A DNA stretch of 59,767 bases, counting the filler, from Sphacelaria rigidula (Eukaryota), in the NCBI GenBank assembly GCA_964200075.2. It is 5 parts of 5 records of this genome, joined end to end, with 100 filler letters (N's around TTAATTAATTAA, not from the genome) between each part and the next. Parts side by side here need not be neighbours in the genome. Positions count along the whole stretch, not along the records: positions 11,976 to 23,849 come from CAXNAA020004391.1; positions 23,950 to 35,822 come from CAXNAA020004392.1; 3 more parts are not named here. The stretch is one strand, 5' to 3'. The position numbers and the translations under genes were made by a program. The first letter of the stretch is position 1. Every line of letters begins with the position of its first letter. Below the pieces are notes generated by a model. That model was not told the origin of the DNA, searched no databases, and saw only the letters and a program-made list of their open reading frames with translations. Below, one piece after another: positions 13,076-25,426 of this stretch.

Positions 13076-14564
13076 CCGAAGACCGGTGAAGTCGTCGCCG
13101 AAAACCGGTGAAAGCCGAATTGAGTTGTCAGTAACAGGTACACCGCGGGTGCGTTTCGCCAGAATCCGTTGGCGGGGTGATTCGGCCAATCAGGTGGCTG
13201 TATTTGTTGCATTTCTGAAATGGCTTTCCAGATATACCGGTATGTGGCGAAAATACAGGCGGTCTACCGTTTTTTGTCAACTGCCCCCCGAGGACGGCTT
13301 AGGCCGTGTCGTAGCGCGTCATATTTCGAACGAAAAAGTGCGATGGAAAATCATGATTCCGATCTGATAGGCCGTGATTTCAACTATCACCAACATAAAT
13401 GACTATAGGTAAAATCACAACCTATGACGTCGGAGTTTTCCTTTTACACCGCACGCTTTCGATAAAAAAAAAATGGGCAATTGGATTTCCAGCTATTCCG
13501 GTTATTGGCCAAAATGCAGGCGGTATACCGTTTTTTGGCAATTTCCTTGCCCGGGGAAGAACCCCACAGTCCAAACTATATAGTGGATGTTGGTATCAGC
13601 TCACAGATGAAATAAACACTCGAGCCTCACGAGAAACAAGAGATTCTTAACCCTTTGACCGCAAAGGTTGGTCATCTGGATCACGTAGTAGTTTTCCAAG
13701 TAGAAGTGGTGCCGGCTCATGGGATGGCCTACCCCGGCGGTGAAAGGGTAAAGTGGTGGCACCACCTGTGTACTTATCATAAAATATGGCTACGGTCGGA
13801 TTTCGTAACTGATCGATGAAGTCTTTGGTTTGACAAGGACCCATGCTACGGTAGGGGTGGCACATTTGAGCCAGAATCTTTCTCATCGAGGGAATCCCAG
13901 AGCCAGGAGCTGTACAAGTATGTCGATCGGGACGTTCCCGTTTGTCAGAAATTTATTCGAGACATATATCCCTGCAATAGCCCAGAGAATGCTAATAATT
14001 GTGATATGCTCTCACAGTTTCCATGCGTCGTTTTTTTATGAAACAGTTAATTCAAACCTGAAAAATATTGTGTGCAACTCTTCCTTGGCGCGATGCCAAC
14101 CGACCACTCTTTTTTTTTTCTTTTATTCTTTGGTACGTACGTATGTCTGTTTTATTTTTCTATTTTTTTCTTTTCATTCTACTCTGTTCTGCCTTTCTGT
14201 TTTTTTTCCCTTTTCCTGAGGGAATGTTTTCGTTTTTTTTTTTCAATCCCGAGTACGCCCATCACATGATCACGGCTGGATCACGGCTCCCGGGGGATCA
14301 ATTAATGTACGGCAATCAATCAATCAAACGCACATGTATATCGTCATGATCCAGAGCAAGGCTCCATTCTCAGCGGAGCAGATTGCTTGGTACGTGTCAA
14401 CCAATCAAGCATTCCATTCATCGAGTCTTGAGTTTGACAAAAAAATATATCGCCGTTTCCCTTATTTTTTTCCTTTTGAGTACTTACGGAAGTGCACATC
14501 CGTCTCTTTTTGCTGTTGTACATCGACGGTTATCGTACACAGCGGGTCAGTTAATGTGCGCCGA

Positions 14565-14925
14565 TCGATCAATCATTCTATCAATCAATCAGATCGATCA
14601 ATTTATCAATCAATCAGATCACTCGATGAATTAAGTAACCAATGAATTAACCAATCGATGAACTAATCAATTAATGAGGTTAATCAACCAAGAAGATCAA
14701 TCAATTAGATCAATCAAGGAGATTGATCGAGGATATCAATCGAGATCAATAAAGAACATTAATCGAGATTAACCAAGAAGATCAATCAAGATTAACCAAG
14801 AAGATCAATCAAGGAGATCGATCAAGAAGATCTATTTAGGAGATCTATTTAGGAGATCAATCAAGATCAATAAAGGAGATCAGTCAAAAAGATCAACAAA
14901 AGAGATCAATCAAGAAGATCAATCC
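14565..14925. repeat. Degenerate GATCAATCAA(G)-type simple repeat tract
   Basis: Many gatcaatcaa / aagaagatcaatcaa units directly upstream of the first Misato exon. Confidence 0.85.
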
Positions 14926-14945
14926 ACCATGAAGATATTCTGCCG

Positions 14946-15271
14946 ATGCCCACGCTGGAGCAGGTGGGGAGATACGCCAACTTCGTCGGGACGCACTTCT
15001 GGAACTTTGAGGACGAGCTGCTGTTGCTGGCCAGCCGCGAGGGCGTGGTCGATCCTGGCTACGACCACGGAGTGCTCCACCGAGCGCCTTCGTCGGAGGG
15101 AGCTGTCCGCACCCCTCGACTGGTGTCGTTCGATACAAGGCAAGCTTGCTTTGTTGAAGAACGACGGGCAATGGGCGGGCGTGTGGCCATGAGGCGTGGG
15201 ATTGTATGATGAGGGTGTTGATCAATCGACCGATTTGACGTAATGTTGATTGATTGATCACACATTTAACG

Positions 15272-15318
<47 letters not shown>

Positions 15319-15656
15319 CATATTAGTCCTTGTTCAGAATCTAGCGCCCATGGTCACAAAGCCGTGGCACAATAATGCAGAGGGAGAGAGTGCGAGCGAG
15401 GCAGAGGCAGAGGCAGAGACAGGGACAAAAGGAACACAATCAACTGAGCAAAAATGGGAACAGGAACAAACGGCCGAACAACCGGCCGGACAAAAGCCTA
15501 GATATCGCGTCTTCCCCCCCCCCCCCCCCCCCGCCACACCCACCTCCCCTATGGCATGCATGATCATGAGTACACCCCTCTCCCCTTGAAAGTCGGAAAA
15601 TGACCACGAAACGAAACTATCACTCCTATACCTCACTGCGTCTTTCTGTTGTTGTT

Positions 15657-15691
<35 letters not shown>

Positions 15692-18600
15692 TGTTGTTGT
15701 TGTTTCTGAAACGTCGTGCTTACATTTTTAGGGATGCGCTAGGGTCGTTGAACCCGCTGGGGATAATCGGAGGCTTGGGCGCAGGCGCCTCCGCGACATC
15801 TGAGACAGCGCAAGCTGCATGGGCCGGTGGGGTGAGCCCGTCGTAGTGTGTGTCATATTCCAATGTGCACGTATGTGTGTGTTTTCTGTCTTTGTCCGCA
15901 TCCCGCACTTCGGGCCCGCCTCAACGGGGCCTGAAAACACTTTCGGAGAAGATCATCATTGACGATTTACACCCTGTGATTGGTAACTACCACGTTGTAA
16001 CCGGTACGTGCTACCGTGTGGTGGTGGTTATTATACCGTTTACCCTTCTGGTACTGGCAGTAGAAAAGTGCTGATTTCGAGGTGCTGTTTTTTTTACCAA
16101 TATATGGTTGATTGTTTGTCGCTTCCAAGACCACTATTTTGCCCAAGGCGTTATTTTCAGACCCGCGACCGCTTCCAACTAGCGGTGAATCGCGTAAGTA
16201 CTGTATCGCACCTCGATCCTTCCACATGTGGTGAGGGGGTTTCTGTGTGCTCGGCCATACTTCTTTGTTTCTGTGACGTGGCTTAGCACGTTTGCCAAGT
16301 GTTGGGCGGGTATGACCTCCGGACTGCAGCACAACAATACTCCGGTGGGATGCGTCACCTATATAAATATGTGCCGCAGTGCCACATGGGACTTGATATA
16401 TAGAAAATATACAGGTATTGCTAATTTTGTTGTTTGAAATTCGAAGGCCACGATCCTGGTTTTTGCTGTGTGCACAAAGTTGAACATACTTGACCCGTCC
16501 CCCCTGCGTCCCCTCGTTCGATGAAACCAGTCCGACCGCACCGGCGTGACATTTGGGGTTGGAGCATGACGTATGTCGGTGGATTCTTCGGTGGCCTACC
16601 GCCGTAAAAATGGTTGTCGTCGGTTTTTTCTTTTTCCCATATTTTCTCCTTTGTCAGCGCTTGAAATAATGAGGCGTCTGGACCGGGGACGGGAGGAGAG
16701 GATTCCTGAAGGGTTAGCCATGTCGTTGGTAGCGATTATTCTGTGACCGATGCCATTGGTGGCCAGCCGACCAGCATCTGTCTATTGAAGGGCGGGAATC
16801 TCCGTTTGTTTTATATCAGTTTTTTTTTTTTCTTTACCGCGATGATTTCTCGGGCTTCGTTGAGCAGGTCCCTCGTATTCCAGATCAAGTTCTGCGATAC
16901 AGCTGGTGTACTTCCGTGGCGAACACCTGTGTATGTGCAACGATTCCCGGTAACCATGACGCCTCCTCGTAACGGAAAAATCAACCACGGCGTCGGATAA
17001 ACGATGATCCGACTGAAAATTACTTAATTTTGGTGTAATTGATTCGTACCGTACGACTGAAATCAATCCTCGGGCTTCATTTCCAGCTTTGCACTGCACC
17101 GCAGGTAAGCGCACCCTAGGCATGTAGAATAACGCAAAAATCGCCTACTGTAGAGACTTTTGTGAGCTGCGGTCATCTGTTTTGCTCTGTTTCGAGCAGT
17201 AAGGCCTCAGAGATCGTATTCGAGCTGTTAATAGCAATGACTCGTTCGGCCCTCCGAATGAACCCAACGGTAAACACACGGTGGCGTTGTCCCTACTTTT
17301 GAGGGATTGTCTCTTTGGAGGCGGGGTCCCGCTTTTACGGCGGCGGAAATCGACTTGCACCGTTTATATTTACTCCTCCGGCAGGCTGGTGTTCGTCCCG
17401 CTTTGAAAACGCTCACCTCCCTCGAGACCGACTCCGTGGTCTCGAAGGATCCACCAGTTTCTCCTCCGGTGCTTGTACACGCCTTGCAGTTTTTTTGTAT
17501 TTTCTTTGTAGCACTTTAGACTCCTCCCCTGTTTGATTAGCCTCTGGCCTCGGCACACAAGACAGCACCCGCTGTCTGGCCTCTCACACCCAGCACCGTG
17601 TGAGCACAGAACACCGGGGTATTTACACCTTCCAGTAGCCACCCCGACTCCACTGGTCATTCGATGCAGAATCCACTGTAAAGTAATGCCATGGTAGGGG
17701 TGCGCTTTTCAGTCCAAAAGGTTTCTGAGGCTGTATACCAAGGCCCAGATATTTGTCATCGACAGGCTCTCACCGCAAAGAGCCTTGAAAAAAGAAAGTG
17801 CACCCCTACCTACGATGGCGTTGCTCTGGATGAGCCTAGGCTAAACTGACAGCGACAACCAGGCAGTGTCTCGTGCAGCACCAACCAGGCGAGTCAAGGT
17901 CACAGGCAAGTTCACAGCTCGGACTGGATCTTGCAGCAAAACACAGAGTATATATTTCTAGGTATTATGTATTTAATCACACATTGCTCGAACAAGACTA
18001 TGGTACCCCAGCCTTGGTGCTATTTCTTACATACCATCTGGGAGAGATGGATTGATCCCTTGAGACCACGGACTCATCCCGAGGAAGGGGAGGGGTTCAA
18101 AGTACGACAAAAATTAAAATGCCGACCACACTCTAGGCTCAAGCAGACTACACCTTGGACATGTGCAGGAGAAACTAGAATCCCAGGAGACTTGATAAGA
18201 GGACGAGTTGATGACTGATTTCTTTGGCGGGCGTCATCCAAAGTCTGAGACACAACAATTGAGATCCCGCCCGCATCCTACTTATCCGCTTCCGGCTACT
18301 ATCTCTAAGCTTCGAATCTATTTCAGTGCAAGTAGGTGGGCACATTTATCCAGAACAATGTTTCTGGATCCCGCTAATACTTACCGATTTGGGAATCAAC
18401 TAGTGAACATCCCCTTCGTCGGGACGAGTCCGCGGCCTCGAGATATCAACCCATCTCACCCCGGTAATTTGGTGTGTGTGTACATACGTATGTCGCGGAT
18501 TAGATCATGACCAGCCCTCCTGCATCGCGTGGACTCATTTTCTTCAAACCAACTCTTTTCGCTACTCACGTCCTCAATTTCCCCCATTCTGGACAATATA

Positions 18601-19808
18601 TGGTGAATAGATGCCAAAGACCAAAAATGTACTGGGTAAAGTATAGGCCTATTGAACCTATTGTCGATCGTCAATCGTTGCATCTATCGACCATACATTA
18701 TCGTTGTCCAGGGTGTGCAATTTTCGAACAACGGAAATCAGATCATCCTTCAGAGAGAAAACCCAGCTGCAATACATCTCTCTGGAATTGACACCGGTTT
18801 TTCCGACGTCATGGTTGCCACCGCGCCCTGATGGTCTAGATAAAATAAAAGTAAATGCTGCAGCTAACTGTCCCCATCAAGTCGGGAAAAACGAGGGTTT
18901 GATTCTCACCAGTTGCTTCTAGCTTCTTCTTTTTTCTTAAAAAGTATCTGATTTCTGTTGTTGAAAGCGCGTGGACGTGACTAGCAAACTATAGATAGTC
19001 TGTTCCGCTCGTGGTTGAGTTTGTCAGACGAGAATAGTTAACGCGGTGCTGAAGTGATTGCTGGTCATGATCGAATCCGTGATAGATCCCAAAATGTAAG
19101 GCCTGTACTGTATCGGAGGAGACGGACGGGTTGATTGATCCCTTGAGACCGACCATGGACCTGTTCCGGGAAAGGAGAGGAAACAGAAGCGAGAAAAAAA
19201 ACAAAAAGTGCAAGTTGTACCAGTAGACCATCAGGGTACGAGGACAATACGTGGGGGCGGGGGCGGGGGGGGGGGGCAATTCTTTTCAAGACTGACTCCG
19301 AACACCGGGCGGTCATATTTTCTTGCTCTAATGCCGTATCTATCATCGCGTTGGAATGGAGTCCGCTTTGTAGCTCAGGCCGTTCTGGAGAACGTTCCAG
19401 GGAATAGGACACTATAGCCGGTGCATTGTTTTGTTTTCTTGTTCTCCTGTTGCGTTGTGTCCTGTGGATGCGGTATGTTGTAGTCTGCTGTGCTGTACTG
19501 TGCTGTGCCGGTTGTCTCATTTTGAGAGCAGTTTTGTTTCTATGTATGTGTTCATGTATTCGTGATGGATATCTCTGTGTCAATAGTTTGTCGCTAATCC
19601 TGGTACGAATTGGTTAAATGGAAGAGAGAGGAACGGAAAATAAGGAACGGTTTTGCTTGCATTGGTGTGGATAAAAGGCTCCTCGGGCCAAAAATGTAGT
19701 ATGTCCATACCTATAATCATTCGAATGTTTCACACGTGCGTGTGCACGTTTTGATTTTTCGCGATGATGATAATGGTGATGATGGTGATGATGGTGATGA
19801 TGATGATT

Positions 19809-19841
<33 letters not shown>

Positions 19842-20495
19842 GTTTTGATTTTCGCGATGATGATAATGGTGATGATGGTAGTGGTCATAAAATATTAGTG
19901 ATGGTGGTAATGATCATAAAATGTTAATGATGATGATCATCATCATAAAATGTTAATAAAACGTTCACGATGATGATCATCATAAAAATGTTGATGTTGA
20001 TGATGATAATGATAATGATAATGATGATGATGATGGTGATGGTGTTGCTGCTACGCTGATGATGATAATGATTATGACGGTTATGTTGATGATAAGGATA
20101 ATGTAATCAGAACTTAGCATCACTGCAATGCAATGATAATGATGATGACAACAACTACAATATATTAATTATAATAGTAATTGCAACAGTAGCAATACAA
20201 TAATAGTGACAATATAGTGAATAATGGCAAACGCGATTATGACAAACATAATTTGCCGGACTCTTTTCATATTTTCCCGGTTGTCTTACTCTCTCGAAGA
20301 TTACAGTATGAACACTCTGTCGCCCATCGTGCTTTTTTCAAACCACATTCATAACAGGTTTCGGTCTTTCGTCAACCACCGCGAGCCAAGAACGCCCTGC
20401 ATGTCTATCTCGACGCTGAAGACGACGGCCCTGACGGGGCTACCAGCACCATGGATGATGACCAGAACGAGGAGGATGGCGATGGTGATGACGAG
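14946..20495 (+). CDS. MSTO1: Misato/DML1 tubulin-FtsZ-related protein, 5' part (3 exons; remainder not on this contig)
   Basis: Exons ~14946(or 14964)-15139, 15732-15831 and 20358-20495 join in phase (2, 0) to give QVGRYANFVGTHFWNFEDELL...DHGVLHR...RTPRLVSFDTR|DALGSL...AWAGG|VSVFRQPPRAKNALHVYL plus an acidic tract. This matches the Misato segment II N-terminus (QVGxxANFVGTHFWN, TPRLxxxDxxGSLGSL, WxGxV). The first donor is AG|GCAAGC. The start is uncertain: ATG at 14946, or acceptor cag|GTG at 14964 with an unseen first exon. Confidence 0.9.
15270..15318. repeat. (TTG)n microsatellite, intronic; a second (TTG)/(TCG) tract lies at ~15648-15703
   Basis: Direct reading of the sequence. Confidence 0.95.
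18040..18113 (+). repeat. Short interspersed repeat with an A-rich 3' end (SINE-like); copies at 19116-19207 and 52422-52510 (rc)
   Basis: ggagagatggattgatcccttgagaccacggactcatcccgaggaaggggaggggttcaaagtacgacaaaaa recurs in two different contigs. Confidence 0.75.
18583..18717. mobile_element. Short MITE of the CACACCCTGGACAA-TIR family
   Basis: cattctggacaatatatggtgaatagatg ... catctatcgaccatacattatcgttgtccagggtgtg. A solo right end lies at 20791-20827 and a long copy at 46298-47392. Confidence 0.65.
19763..20160. repeat. (GAT)n-rich low-complexity tract in a Misato intron
   Basis: Long gatgatgat/gataat runs with an internal duplication (cgttttgattttcgcgatgatgataatggtgatgatggt twice). Confidence 0.9.
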
Positions 20496-20834
20496 GTGAG
20501 AGCAATGATCAGCATTTTATTTTTCTTTCTCGCGGAAACAGCAGGTGCACACATTAGCATTTTATTTTCCTTGTTTGCGGAATCCAAACCACTCGCAGCA
20601 AGAGCTTGTGATGGGCAGTCCCCAGACTGTCGAAGTCGTGAGAACGCACCGTCCATGTGGCACATCCATACAACAGGGCTTTTACCACCTCCGCTTTTAC
20701 AGTCGATCTTTCAAGGACAGCTCGGCGTTGGGTCGGTCGTGGAGTTGGTAGCTATATTTTCGGATACGCGTCCACGCCGAAAGTCTATTACATCTATTGA
20801 CCATATATTATCATTGTCCAGGGTGTGATGTCTT

Positions 20835-21040
20835 TTACCTGTGTTGGGTCCCCAAGCCAACAGTCTCCACAGGAGAGTTTCCTATGAGTCTGCTTCGAAG
20901 TCGTTCACCAGCTGCGTGGTCCCCCACCACTTCTACGACTCTTTCGTTGTCACTTAACTTTTAGTCGCTTTTGGTGGGAGCCGGCATTCGAACCCGGCAC
21001 CTCCTGTTCATGAAGCGTACGAGTTACCTGACTGGCATCG
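20835..21040 (-). mobile_element. tRNA-derived SINE-like element or tRNA pseudogene
   Basis: The minus strand reads ...ccagtcaggtaactcg...ggaggtgccgGGTTCGAATGccggctcccacca: a B-box/T-arm and a degenerate A-box, but no complete cloverleaf. The extent of the body is approximate. Confidence 0.5.
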
Positions 21041-21319
21041 CCTGTGTAAAAAAGTGATCCCTGGACGGACACTTCTGGTAGTTAATTTTTACCTCCTATG
21101 TCGTGGTTTCCCATCAAGTGACACGTCGATTCATCTTTTTTTCCCCTCTGTTATGCATCGTTTTTACTGCTTCCATGTTGTGAACCTGTAGACCTCTGTC
21201 ATTCAGGGTCAGACAGCTATATGGACCCTTCCATCATGGGCACATGGAGCTCAGTGGCTTTAGTTATTCATGTATCAATCCTCAGCTTTTCATAGTACAG
21301 GAGGACAGGAACATAGCCT

Positions 21320-23300
21320 TTCTCCACCGGAGTGAAAACCACCCCAAACCCAAACGGAGTCACTCGAAGAGTCCACCGATCAGATCCGCAGACCCGCGAT
21401 CTATCAACCAGCGTTGAACGCCTACAACGCTTTGCACCACCTACATAATATCCTTAACCTAGGTGACAAATGATGGCTAGAATCTACAGCACCTTCAAAG
21501 CTCTTGCACGACCGAAAATTAGTCACATTAGAGCTTGACAAATCCATATATCATTGTTACCTGGTACAACTATCGGTTTCCGCAGAGAATACTAATCCCT
21601 GCCGCTGTTTTCGATGACAGATCCATACAGGCTTACAGCTCCACACGAGCTTGCCCAAATCCGTACAACTCGCAGGAAAATAAAAAAAATGTCGTCCATC
21701 ATGAACACGCGATTACGCAACTTGCACCACTCCTAGTTACGAAGGGATAGCTAGCATCGCCAAACACTCAAATCCTTGCCCAAAACAAGTATCTTGACTC
21801 CCCATCGGCAACGCGAGTCCTTGCTCCTCAACATCACCCAACCTGGCGCTCACCACAACATCAAGCGCCTCAGGTAACGCCTTCCTTGTGGTCCTCGAGT
21901 TCGCTCCTGAGATACAGCCGTGCTCGAACTAAAATCTTGTTCACACCATAGAGCAGCATTTTCTCGCCAACACTCGCTCCTTGCACGACCAGTCCAGCTA
22001 CACCTGGCACCCCCATGGTGCCGCCCAGCACGCCACCAAAAGGTATATTCGCATCGCCAAACCAATGCGACGAATCCTCCGCTCCCGCCGCTCCCGCGGA
22101 TCCCTGTGCATTAACGAACGCTCGTTTTTCAGTCGTGGCTTCAGAGGAGGCGAGAGGCGAAGAAGCGGGAACAGCCATACAGTCCCGCACAGCAACACCT
22201 CCCGATGACATCACACCATCCTCCTCAAGCACCTGACCGCACAGCGGCAGAGACACCTCAATCAACGCCGCGGAACACGCTAAACCTGTCCGTGCAAACA
22301 GAAGCGCATACGACCACCCGAGCACCATGCAACGCTAGACGTCGCCGTAGGAGTTCTGATCACTGATAGCATCACAAGCCTGAAGCTCGCTCTGCCTACC
22401 CGCTTCACGCGGCGGGCCACACGACCCTGCTGCTTCGAGCACGCACGCCGGGTCTACAGCCCTATTCTGCTCGGGACGGCAACTCCGCCAACTCGCCGTC
22501 CGCTTCTCTTTCTAGCAGACACCCCTGGGAGTCATCTGAACCATCTCCCGCCATATCGTTGACGCAGACAGATTCGCCATGAGCATGACGAGCCCCAAGC
22601 TCGCTCTGCTCGCTCGCATTACGCGAACAACACACCCCTGCAGCTTTGCCCTTTTCAACAGAGGTAGCAGCGGCTGCCAAATCAGCACCGACTACTGTAC
22701 TCTCATAGTTCGTGCTGCTCCGTGTGTCCCTTCGGACAGACGCATGCTGTGCCGCCCTCGCCCTTCAAAGTGGCGCCGCGTTGTTACTTCAGCCGCGGGT
22801 AGCTCCAACTACTGCACTCTCAGCATCCGCACTGTCGTGCCTGCCACCGAGGATAGGCGGATGCTCTATCATCTTCTCTGCCTAAACAGTGCAGCCAGTT
22901 ACCCCGCATCTTTGCCTTAAACGCGCGGGTGCTCGAACTGCTGCACTATCCACGGGCGCATTGTCGTGCCTGCCCCGGCCGACAGACACATGCCGTGTGC
23001 CCATTTCCACCGTGGCATTATCGTGCACCACACTCGACGACGCATGAGACGCATGCTTGCGCAACGCAAAGAGCAGTTCCTGGTGCCCGACATCATTTGC
23101 ATGATTCAAGAACGTGTCACACGAAACAGTGCTCAACATGCCTAGGCATAAGGTCTGAAACCGCAGGCTCCTCAAGAACGTTCCAGCCTTCCTGACGCAA
23201 ATTCGCCGCGCGCACCTGACGAATGTAGTCCTCACACTGCCGCAAAAACTGGGCAGAATCTCTCACTCGAGAATGTTGCGACCGTGGTATAGCATATCCA
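21320..23300 (-). mobile_element. Degenerate Ty3/gypsy-like LTR retrotransposon relic (gag-pol region)
   Basis: Interrupted minus-strand coding-like sequence with no splice structure: gag-like AQFLRQCEDYIRQVRAANLRQEGWNVLEEPAVSDLMPRHV, then ELEDHKE/ALPEALDVVVSA, and GGLFE*LRLG resembling an RT motif. Many stops and frameshifts; the family call rests on motif resemblance only. Confidence 0.35.
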
Positions 23301-23849
23301 GATCTTACAGTACACGGACAGCGCGACCGTCGATGACAATATATTGTTGGAGCCCACGGACAACATGGCCATCCACTGCGATATACTCCTGCGCCTCGTA
23401 CACGTACATGGTCAGCAATACAGCAGTCCAAACAGAGTGTTTGAAAAAAACCGAGGTTACCTCCGAATCGTAGGAATAAGAACTCTTGCCTTACACCAAC
23501 ACGCGCCGTGCCACCACACAACGACGACCGCAACGTCTCTTCCTCACGCGGTTCTCACTACGTCTTGAAGTCCTTAGACTCCTCGTCTTGACCGTACGTG
23601 GCCAAGCTTGGACCAGTCAACCCTCGCTGACTTCACCATGCTGTAATCACACCGCGTTTTTTGGGCGCTTACGGGCTCGCCAGCTGTCGATCCTCCCCCC
23701 TCCCCTCTCCGTCTCGAAAGGGATGCGTGGTCAATGGTCGAGCGACTAAGGCAAGCAAATAAGTACGCTCCCCCCCCCCCCCCCGCGCCCGACCCACGAG
23801 TGGCCCCACACCCCCCCTTTGCACTGCCACCGATCCCCCCTTGTGTCTG

Positions 23850-23949
23850 NNNNNNNNNNNNNNNNNNNNNNNNNNNNNNNNNNNNNNNNNNNNTTAATTA
23901 ATTAANNNNNNNNNNNNNNNNNNNNNNNNNNNNNNNNNNNNNNNNNNNN
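23850..23949. other. Artificial contig linker
   Basis: N44-TTAATTAATTAA-N44. Confidence 0.97.
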
Positions 23950-24159
23950 CGCCAACCCCATCGGGGGTCCGCCCCTACAAAGCCGGGACGGAGCACGCCG
24001 GGTTCTCGCCGGACCAGGCGGGAGGAAGCTCCACCTAAACGATTGCCAGAGAGCCAACTAGGTGCTCGCACGTCTTGATAGTCGACCGACGATTGAGGAG
24101 TATTTAAAACCCAAAAGTTTCTTCAAGTACGCTGTAGGGAATATCACAGCACGTCAAGT

Positions 24160-24357
24160 TTGCAACGGCGTGTCGGGCAGGATATAACCGATATTTTGGT
24201 ATTTTCAAAGGTGGAGATCCGATCCATGCCCATAGCAGCAGCCAGCCTGATGCTATTTTTTCTTTCGCCCTCTAAAGCCCATACAAGTCATTGTGACTGA
24301 CTTAGGCAGGTGATTTTTTCAGAATACCAAAATATCGGGCGACACGCCCTCGCAAGT
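24160..24357. mobile_element. MITE-like inverted repeat element
   Basis: ttgcaacggcgtgtcg...ccgatattttggtatt versus aataccaaaatatcgggcgacacgccctcgcaa. Confidence 0.5.
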
Positions 24358-24777
24358 TTGTAGAGCCGCTTTGATGCTACACACCGTACGTTTACACGCA
24401 CCGCCTGTGCATGTCGCGGACGATGACCCCTGAAAGTTTGTCGACAGCTCTACTATTCGTTTGAGCCGCCTCACGGCATAAAATTCTCTCAGTCTAAATC
24501 CCGTGCAATTGCTTACCTAGTGCTACGTGATCACGGAGCCTGCTAGTACTCGGCGGTTCAAACGCACCACGTCGTGGTGTCAATCGAATACAGAAATCTC
24601 TACTTTACGATCGCTTGTTTGGGCCATTCGCCCTAACTTCACCCACTCACGCACTCAATCATCACTGGAGAGCTGGGTGCCGTCTTCATTTTCCCCGCCC
24701 TCAGTCGTCAACAATATTACCGCACTGCACGATACAGCGCAGCAGCCTCAGTATCGCCGCGTCAAGATGCCGTCATG

Positions 24778-24967
24778 ACGGGGTATACCACCCTCTGTTG
24801 TAAAACATCTCTAATCTCGATCATGTCGACAGTTAAAACGGCCAGGCTACCAACGATGATGTAAGTAGAGATAGTACGATCGCGGATATATCTCGGGAGT
24901 GTCCAGACTCACTTTTTAGGGAGACTCAAGTACTAAAACCAATCATCGAAGGGGTGGTATACACCGT
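24778..24967. mobile_element. MITE (Tc1/mariner-like ends) in intron 1 of the plastid-targeted gene
   Basis: TIRs acggggtataccaccct / aggggtggtatacaccgt, with TA at the right end. Confidence 0.6.
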
Positions 24968-25141
24968 ATCCTGCGGAACTGACTGTCCTCTGACGGTAAT
25001 GTACTGTCCTGTGCTGGTTGTGTGCCGCTTGCTGCACGGCCAGATTCCACGCAGGCGACTCCGAAGTAAAAAGTGAATGCCTGCAACGCATGATACAAGC
25101 AGCTTTCCGAAGTCTGTACACATATCAAGCTGGAACCGTAC

Positions 25142-25426
25142 TATGTAGGCCAACACAGCCAAACTGATCCCAGCAGCTGCGGGCTGTTGAATATCCAGTA
25201 TCTCACCCATTACAGCTACAGAACACCTCCGTCTCCGTCCGCCGGCCGCTCCAGCTAGTCCGTCACGGCTCGCTAAAGGCCGAGGTACTCTAGATCTCAC
25301 CCGCGGTGGTAGCTCAGTTGTTCGTCTACTCCCACCAACCCAACCACCAGCCGGCACGAAGGCGTGGCAAGTACCTGTTACCAACAAGAACAGCATGCTA
25401 CACCGCAACGAGTGTGAGGCGGCCAT
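25142..25426 (-). CDS. First exon of an unknown, probably plastid-targeted protein (partial)
   Basis: MAASHSLRCSMLFLLVTGTCHA|FVPAGG... is a signal peptide ending in an ASAFAP-like cleavage motif, followed by an R/S/G-rich transit peptide and a hydrophobic stretch (AAAGISLAVLAYI). Donor ATA|gtacgg at 25141. Downstream exons were not identified before the contig end. Confidence 0.7.

Noticed and set aside
14893..15589. Poly-N and poly-L ORFs in the track
   Set aside because: They are translations of the (TTG)n microsatellite, antisense to or within Misato.
20972..21040. Functional tRNA gene
   Set aside because: The acceptor, D and anticodon stems do not pair; kept only as a SINE-like feature.
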